From the human T2T-CHM13v2.0 reference genome, Homo sapiens, in the NCBI RefSeq assembly GCF_009914755.1, contig NC_060928.1: 64,000 bases of DNA; one strand, written 5' to 3'. The notes below the pieces were generated by a model. It saw nothing but the letters and a program-made list of their open reading frames with translations, searched no databases and was not told the origin of the DNA. A program made the translations under genes and the position numbers. Of the stretch, positions 55,742 to 64,000 are shown piece by piece. How positions within the stretch are numbered: the stretch's first letter is position 1; each line of letters begins with the position of its first letter.

Positions 55742-56484
55742 CTAAATCACAAAAAGAAATACATGTTCTCATTAAGAAAGTATCTATAGCACCTAAGGGA
55801 AGAGTTGGCTAAATATCTGAACCACAGCCACAGAGTTTTTAAGTGAATTCCTACATAATATTACCAAAGCACTTCATTAAAAGGCAAGCTGGAACAAACT
55901 TAAGAGCAGCAAAAAAAATTTCCTTAGCAAAGCAGCCCTTGAACCTGAAAACACACTACCTGAAACTTTGCTGCCCTCTACTGATAAAGCTCAGAAAAAA
56001 TTATCCAGCTCTTCACATGATTAAATACTAAAATGAAGAAAGAAAAATGAAAAATGACTTCTCTAGTTCTTCCATTTAAAAGTATACAGCTAGCTTGTCT
56101 CTAAAAAATTTTGTACTGTCTTTTTAAATGTATGTAAATCAACGTGTTTTTTCCATCAAATAGGCTTTAGGAAATAGTTTAACTACATATGTTAATTGTA
56201 AGAAATTAAGCTTTTAACTAGATACTTTATAACAGATAAGAATTAATTCAGTAAGTTCTGAGGTTGAGTTTTTTATATTATTAGTCATATAAATAAATAT
56301 TAAGAAGTACTATTTTTTCATCATCAAATATTTTAATTACATTGATAAGTACCTTTTATACTTATCAATTCAAATCGTCTGCTTCATACATACCTAAACT
56401 ATTTTTCTTTGTCTGAAAGAATTACTCCTTGAGTTACTAATTGAATAATTGGCTTATAAATTAGATGTATAATGAAATTCTATC

Positions 56485-56773
56485 ATTATATCCTGTCATT
56501 TCTATCTTTATAATATTTCCAAATCCAACCACTTCTCTCCACCTCCACAACTACCACTCTGATCAAAGCCACTACCATCTCTTACCTGAATTATTTTAAA
56601 AGTCCCCTAACTGTCCCCTGCTCCCATCCTTGTCCATCTTCAGTCTACTGACATAGCAGCCAGTGAAGCAGCTGTTCCACAATCCGAGTCAGATTGTATC
56701 ACTCCGCTTCTCAAACCCACCCAGTGGTTGCCAATCTCAGAACATAAGTCAAATCCTTAATATGGTCTGAATG

Positions 56774-56817
<44 letters not shown>

Positions 56818-57255
56818 TACCTCTCTAACCTCATCTCCTACTACCATCTCCCCTCATTCACTTTGCTACATATCTTCCTCAAACAGATCAGGCATATATC
56901 CGCTTCACGACCTTGGCATTTGGCAGTCTGTCTGCTTCAAATGTTCTCTTCAGATTTCTCCTTCATTATAATCAGGTCACTATACAATGTCACCTTCTCA
57001 ATGAGTCATTTCCAGGCCACCTAATCTAAAATTTCATTACCACCTCCAAACAATTTATGTCCCCTTCTCTGCTTTTTTTAACCTTATTATTTATTGCTAT
57101 CCAAAATAAAATTTTCTGCTATATTCTAAGCTCCAGAAAGGTCAAGTCATTTTCTTTTTCTGTTTGGCTCACTGCTATATCTCTAGAGTATAAAAGAGTA
57201 CCTGAAACACAGTAGGGTTCAGTTAATATTTGCAAGAAGAATGGATGGGTACATG
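56485..57255 (+). mobile_element. L2 3' end with internal (CA)n at 56775-56814
   Basis: ccacttctctccacctccac..., ending agtacctgaaacacagtagg...aatatttgcaagaagaatggatgg, typical of the L2 tail. Confidence 0.8.
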
Positions 57256-57355
57256 AATTGAATCCTACATTTTCACTGACTACATTATGAATTTGATGAT
57301 GGGTTCCTATTGAAAATAATGTGGCTCCAAATAAGTGCATTAGCCATTTCTAATT

Positions 57356-57743
<388 letters not shown>

Positions 57744-58094
57744 CTAAAAATTTACGAGAAACTAATACAAAAGTATCTTTTATTTTAAATAGGTTAGATT
57801 CTAAAAAGTTATCCAAAAGTGCATGACACCTTGGCTTAAATGAGCAGATTCTTGCCATTATTTGCTGGCTGGTAGAAAAGAGGCACTTCAGCAATGATAT
57901 GTAAGATTTTTTTTATCTATCAACTTGTAGTAAGTTAAGTTCAGAAGAAAAGAAACTTCTACACAATTCTGTGGCTATATAAACCTGCAAAATATGCAAT
58001 AAATATAGAAATATGGGGAGCATAAATTCAAATACATAGCGTTAGCCTATTTTCTGAAGCTATACAGATATGCCGTATTCTTCTTCTCCCTATA

Positions 58095-58736
58095 CAGTAC
58101 TCCTTCCTTATCCAGAAGGGATAGGTTCCAAGTCTCCCAGTGAATGCCTGAAACTGAGGATAGTATGAAACCCTATATACACTATGTTTTTTTCTATACA
58201 TATATATCTATGATAAAGTTTAACATATTTTAGACACAGAAAGATTAATAACAATAATTAATAAAATAGAACAATTATAATAAATGTTGTTCACAATTTC
58301 ACAGATAGAAGATTCATACTTACTGCAGATCTTAGCAACCTCAACATATAATTTTTTTCTTTCCTTATTGTCAATAACTTTCACCTTTCCAAAGGAAGCA
58401 CTTTACAACTTCTCTTTGGCATATCCAACTTGCTAGCATCACTATTCTTGCACTTTGGAGCCATTATTAGTTAAAATAAGGGTTCTTTGAACACAAGAAC
58501 TGGGATACCCCAACAGTCAATCTGATAACCAAAACAGCTAAGTGACTAATGGGCTTCACCTACCAGGTGGGACAAAGCAAGAAGTTGAGAGATTTCATCA
58601 CACTACACAGAATGGCATGCAATTTTAAACCAAATTGTTTACTTCTGGAATTTTCCATTTAATATTTTCAGACTGTGGTTCATCACAAGTAACTAAAACC
58701 ACAGGAGGTGAAGGTGCAGATAAAGGGAGAGTGCTA
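58095..58736. mobile_element. MER44/Tigger7-derived DNA transposon
   Basis: Ends cagtactccttccttatcc / gataaagggagagtgct, flanked by TA. Internal gttccaag..cccagtgaatgcctgaaac matches the recalled MER44 consensus. Confidence 0.8.
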
Positions 58737-59197
58737 TATAGGCCAACATGATCAAAACAATCACCTACTAACAAACCAGAATTACTTTTCTACTATTTTC
58801 AACAGTTGTGTAAGTGGTCACTACTAGAGGTCATAGGGAAAAGATTACATGTGAATTATAAATGAATATACTTCAACTTAAGAAGAATTTTTTGCATAAA
58901 TGGACAAATGAAATCTTGAATCCTTCAAGAAATACTTCCTTTTTCTTTTCTTCTGCTTTTTTGTAAAGATCCTAATGTTATTGAACTTTCCTTCACTAAA
59001 ATAACATAGAACAATCAAATGAGGTCCTTGCTTCTAAAAAGCTAGGTTTCAGATTTAATAAGCCACTTAGAAATAAGCTCCAAAATAAGTCTGTGACAAC
59101 TGACCACTAAAGGGCAGGTTTCCACTTATGACATTATAAAGAAGGAAAAAACACTTTGAGGAGACCAACCCTCAAAGTTGAAAATGCTGTGATGTTC

Positions 59198-59368
59198 ATC
59201 CTGTTTTCCAAATTGTGACCAAAAGACAACCTGCATTAATATCAACCTATTAAATACATAGCCCCCCAGTTCTCATCTTAGACCTAATGAATCAGAATCT
59301 TGTTGAGTATGGGAATCTACTTTTTAATAAGCCCCACAGATGATTCTCAAGCACAGTAAAGAACCACA
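59198..59368. mobile_element. MER5A-like fragment
   Basis: agacctaatgaatcagaatct...ttttaataagccccacagatgattct. Confidence 0.6.
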
Positions 59369-59664
59369 GACTGGCACAAAATGAATCACTACCATAGCAT
59401 CTTTTAGTAATCACATCTATTCTAAGGAAAAAGACCCAGACCTTGAAAGTATACTGCCGTGGAAACAAAGCTTAAAATTTATTGAAACAGGTTATTTATG
59501 GCATCTTTTCATCTGTAACCTAACAAAAAATGATTTTCTTTCTTTAAAAACTGAAGTATAATCTTCCATTTGATCACATTATGTGCAGGGATTGGAAAAC
59601 TGGGGAAAAAACATACAGTTTAAACTTTATTCCTATACCATAATCAGTAATGATTATTACTACC

Positions 59665-60176
59665 ATTTTTTTCTTCCAATAGGTTTTTGGGAAACAGATG
59701 TTATTTGGTTACATGAGTAAATTCTTTAGTGGTGATTTCTGAGATTTTGGAGCACCCATCACCCAGGCAGTGTACACTGTCCCCAAAGTGTATTCTTTTA
59801 TCCCTCACCTCCATCCCACCCTTTCCCTCGAGTCCCCGAAGCCCATTGTATCATTCTTATGCCTTTGAGTCCTCATACCTTAGCTCCCACTTATGAGTGA
59901 GACTGGGTTTCCATTCCTGGGTTACTTCACTTAGATTAATGGTCTCCAATTGCACCCAGGTTGCTGTGAATGCCATTATTTCATTCCTTTTTATGGCTGA
60001 GTAGTATTCCATGGTGTATATATACACACACATATATACATATATACGCACACACACACATATATATACACACATACACATATATATATGTGTGTATATA
60101 TGTGTGTGTGGTGTATATATATATGTATATATATGTGTATATATATGTGTATATATATACACCATGGAATACTACT

Positions 60177-60223
<47 letters not shown>

Positions 60224-63200
60224 TATATACCACATTTTCTTTATCCACTCATTGATGGGCATTTGGGCTCCTTCCATACTTTTGCAATTGCAAATTGTGC
60301 TGCTATAAACATGTGTGTGCAAGTATCTTTTTCGTACAATGACTGATTTTCCTCTGGGTAGATACCCAGTAGTGGGATTGCTGGATCAAATGGTAGATCT
60401 ACTTTTAGTTTTTTAAGGACTTTCCACACTGTTTTCCATAGTGGTTTTAATAGTTTATATTCCCACCAAACAGTGGAAAACTGTTCCCTTTTCACCACAT
60501 CCATGCCAACATCTAATTTTTTTAAATTTTTTTATTATGACCATTCTTGCAGGAGAAAGGTGGTGTCACATTGTGATTTTTATTTGCATTTCCCTAACAA
60601 TTATTGATGTTCAGCATTTTTTCATAAGTTTGTTGGCCCTTTGTATATCTTCTTTTGAGAATTGTCTATTCATGTCCTTTGCCCACTTTTTATGAAATTG
60701 TTTGTTTTCTTTCTTGCTGATTAGAGTTTCTTATAAATTCTGAATATTAGTCCTTTCTCAGATGTATAGATTGTGAAGACTTTCTCCCACTCTATGGGTT
60801 ATCTGTTTACCCTGCTGATTATTACTTTTCCCGTGCAGAAGCTTTTTAGTTTAATTAAATCCCATCCATTTATCTTTGTTTCTGTTGCGTTTGCTATTGG
60901 GTTCTTGGTCATGAAGTCTTTGCCTAGGCTAACGTCTAGAAGGGTTTTTCCAATGTTATCTTCTAGAATTTTTAGGGTTTCAAGTATTAGATTTAAGTCT
61001 TTGATGAATCTTGAGCAGATTTTTGTATACAATGAGAGATGAGGATCCAGTTTCATTCATTCACATGTGGCTTGCCAATTATCCCAGCACCATTTGTTGA
61101 ATAGGGTGTCCTTTCGCAACTTTATGTTTTTGTTTGCTTTGTCAAAGATCAGTTGACTGTAAGTTTTTGGGTTTATTTCTAGGTTCTCTATTCTGTTTCA
61201 TTGGTCTGTGTGCCTATTTCTGTATCAGTACCATGCTGTTTTGGTGACTATAGCCTTGTAGTATAGTTTCAAGTCGAGTAATGTAATGCCTTCAGATTTG
61301 TTCTTTTTGCTTAGTCTTTCTTTGGCTATGTGGGTCTTTTTTGGTTCCGTATGAATTTTAGGATTGTTTTTCCTAGTTCTGTGAAGAATTATGGTGGTAT
61401 TTTAATGAGAATTGCATTGAATCTGTAGATTGCTTTGGCAATATGGTCATTTTTACAAGATTGATTCTACCCATCCAAGAGCATGGGATGTGTTTCCATT
61501 TATTTGTGCCATCTATGATTTCTTTCAGCAGTGTAGTTTTCCTTTGAGAGGTCTTTCACCTCCTTAGTTAAGTATATACCTAAGTATTTTTTAAGCTATT
61601 GTAAAAGGGTTGAGTCTTGATTTGATTCTCAGCTTAATCACTGTTGGTATAAGCAGAGCTGCTGATTTGTGTACAGTAATTTTGTATCCTGAAACTTTGC
61701 TGAATTCATTTACCAATTCTAGGAGCTTTTTGGATGAATCTTTCAGGTCTTCAGGTATATGATAATGTCATCGGCAAATAGCAATAGTTTGACAACTTCC
61801 TCTTTACCAATTTGGATACCCTTTATTTCTTTCTCTTGTCTGATTGCTCTGGCTAGGATTTCCAGTACTATGTTGAGTAGAAGTGATGAAAGTGGGCATC
61901 CTGGTCTTGCTCCAGTTCTCAGGAAGAATGCTTTCAACTTTTTTCTGTTTACTATAATGTTGCCTGTGGGTTTATCGTAGATGACTTTTATTACCTTAAG
62001 GTGTGTCCCTTCTATGCCGATTTTGCTGAGGGTTTAATCCTAAAGGAATGCTGGATTTTGTCAAATGCTTTTTCTGTGTCTATTGAGATGATCAAGTGAT
62101 TTTTAATTCTATTTATGTAGTATATCACATTTATTGACTTGCAGATGTCAAACCATCCCTGCATCCCTGGTATGAAACCCACTTGATCATAGTGGATTAT
62201 CTTTTGTATATGCTGTTGGATTCTGTTAGCTGGTATTTTGTTGAGGATTTTTGCATCTGTGTTCATCAGGGATATTGGTCTTTAGTTTTCTTTTCTATTT
62301 TTTTTTTTTGTTATGTCCTTTCCTGGTTTTAGCATTAGGGTGATACTGGCTTCATAGAATAATTGTTGGAGGATTCCCTCTCTATCTTGTGGGATAGTAT
62401 CAATAGGATTGGTACCAATTCTTCTTTGAATGTCTGACAGAACTCAGCTGTGAATCCATCTGGTCTTGGACTTTTTATTGTTGGTAGCTTTTTAATTACC
62501 ATTTCAATCTTGCTGCTTGTTATTGGTCTGTTCAGAGTTTCTCTTTCTTCCTGGTTTAATCTAAAAGGGTTGCCTATTTCCAGGAATTTATCCATCTCCT
62601 CTAGGTCTTCTAGTTTATGTGCGTAAAGGTGTTCAAAATAGCCTTGAATGATCTTTTGTATTTCTGTGGTATCAGTTTTAATAGTTCCTGTTTCATTTCT
62701 AATTAAGCTTATTTGGATCTTCTCTCTTCATTTCTTCATTAATCTCACTAATGATCTATTAATTTTATTTATCTTTTCAAATAACCAGTTTTTTGTTTCA
62801 TTTATCTTTTGTATTGTTTTGTTGTTGTTGTTGTTGTTTCAATTCATTTAGTTCTGCCCTGATTTTTGTTACTTCTTTTCTTCTACTTCTATATTACACA
62901 GGTTTGAGAGGTTGTATCATTCTTACCATTCAGTTCAAAGAATTTTTTAATTTCCAACTTTATTTCATTGTTAACCCAACGTTCATTCAGGAGCAGGTTA
63001 TTTAATTTCCATGTATTTGCATGGTTTTGAGGGATCCCTTTGGAATTGATTTCCAATTTTATTCCACTGTGGTCTGAGAGAATACTTGCAATATTTTCAT
63101 TTTGTTTTAATTTGTTGAGACTTTTTTTGTGGCCTATCATATGGCCTACCTTGGAGAATGTTTCATGCATTGATGAACAGAACGTATATTCTGCAGTTGT

Positions 63201-64000
63201 TGGGTAGAATGCTCTGTAAATATCTGTTAAGTCCATTCGTTGTAGGGTATAGTTTAACTCTATTGCCTCCCCTATCCCCTAGGGATGTGGCTTCCTGAGA
63301 CCTGAGCTGCAGTGATTATTGTTTCTCTTCCAGATCTAGCCACCCGGCAGAGATACTGAACTCCAGGCTGGTACAGGGGAGTATGTGCAAAGCGATGTGA
63401 CCCATCTTCAGGTCTCTCAGCCATGAATACCAGCACCTACTCTGGTGGAGGTAGCAGGGGAGTGAAGTGGACTCTGTGAGGGTCCTTGATTGTATTTTTG
63501 TTAAGTGTACTGGTTTTGTGTTGGTCGGCCCCAAGCTAGGAGGTGGCACTTTCAAGAGCACATCAGCTGCAGTTGCATAGGGAGGATCAGGCAGTGGATG
63601 CAGCCATAGAGCTCCCAAGAGATTATGTCCTTTGTCTTCAGCTACAAGGGCAAGTAGAGAAAGATCATCAGGTTGGGGCAGAGTTAGGCGTGTCTGAGCT
63701 CAGCCTCTCCTTGGGTAGGACTTGCTGTGGCTGCTGTGAGATAATAGGGATGTGGTTCCCAGGCCAATGGAGTTATGTTCCCAGAGGGATTATGGTTGTC
63801 TTTGCTGCGTCACACAGGTCACCAGGAAAGTGGTAGAAAGCCAGCATCCACAGGTCTCACCCTACTCCCCCATGCTGCCTGCACCCCGAAAGGCCAGTCT
63901 CACTCCCACCATTGCCCCCTCACCCCCCCACCCCCTGCAATAGCACTGAGTTTATTTCCAGGAAGCCAGTGAACAGGGATGAGAACTTGCCCAAGGCTAC
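59665..64000 (-). mobile_element. L1PB1/2-like element with large internal deletions; 5'UTR runs off the window
   Basis: L1PB 3' end at 59665-59900 and ORF2 fragments 60241-63236, then a direct jump at about 63265 into 5'UTR sequence homologous to 25350-25470. Confidence 0.9.
59997..60179. repeat. Palindromic inverted duplication around a TA/CA microsatellite, followed by (TG)n to about 60213
   Basis: ctgagtagtattccatggtgtatatata (59997-60024) is the exact reverse complement of 60152-60179. Confidence 0.93.

Noticed and set aside
59857-60346. His/Thr/Tyr/Ile- or Cys/Val-rich ORFs (also at 25742-25964, 32234-32469, 50930-51325, 54586-54807, 56771-56971)
   Set aside because: These are translations of microsatellites.

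Overview
Primate, very probably human, genomic DNA that is AT-rich and dense in LINE-1. It is the middle of a minus-strand spliced gene whose exons encode Pro-Gly-Pro (PGPGxY, SHIPPO/STPG-type) repeats. I recognise it from memory as STPG2 (C4orf37, sperm-tail PG-rich repeat protein 2). Three exons (50054-49895, 41172-41012, 12710-12600) splice in frame and match the protein as I recall it. A fourth 108-nt phase-0 exon (55741-55634) has canonical splice sites, encodes one more PG repeat, and is absent from the canonical human protein as I remember it; this is the main finding. The rest is a nested stack of transposons: five near-full-length or large L1s plus older L1 remnants, solo LTR8-like and MER11D-like LTRs, a complete THE1 element, MLT1 elements, about 10 Alus, Tigger/hAT DNA transposons, L2, MIR and microsatellites, two of which form clean palindromes. 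I found no RNA gene, no CRISPR array and no evidence of a wholly new biological system. Repeat subfamily names come from recalled consensus sequences, not from a search.
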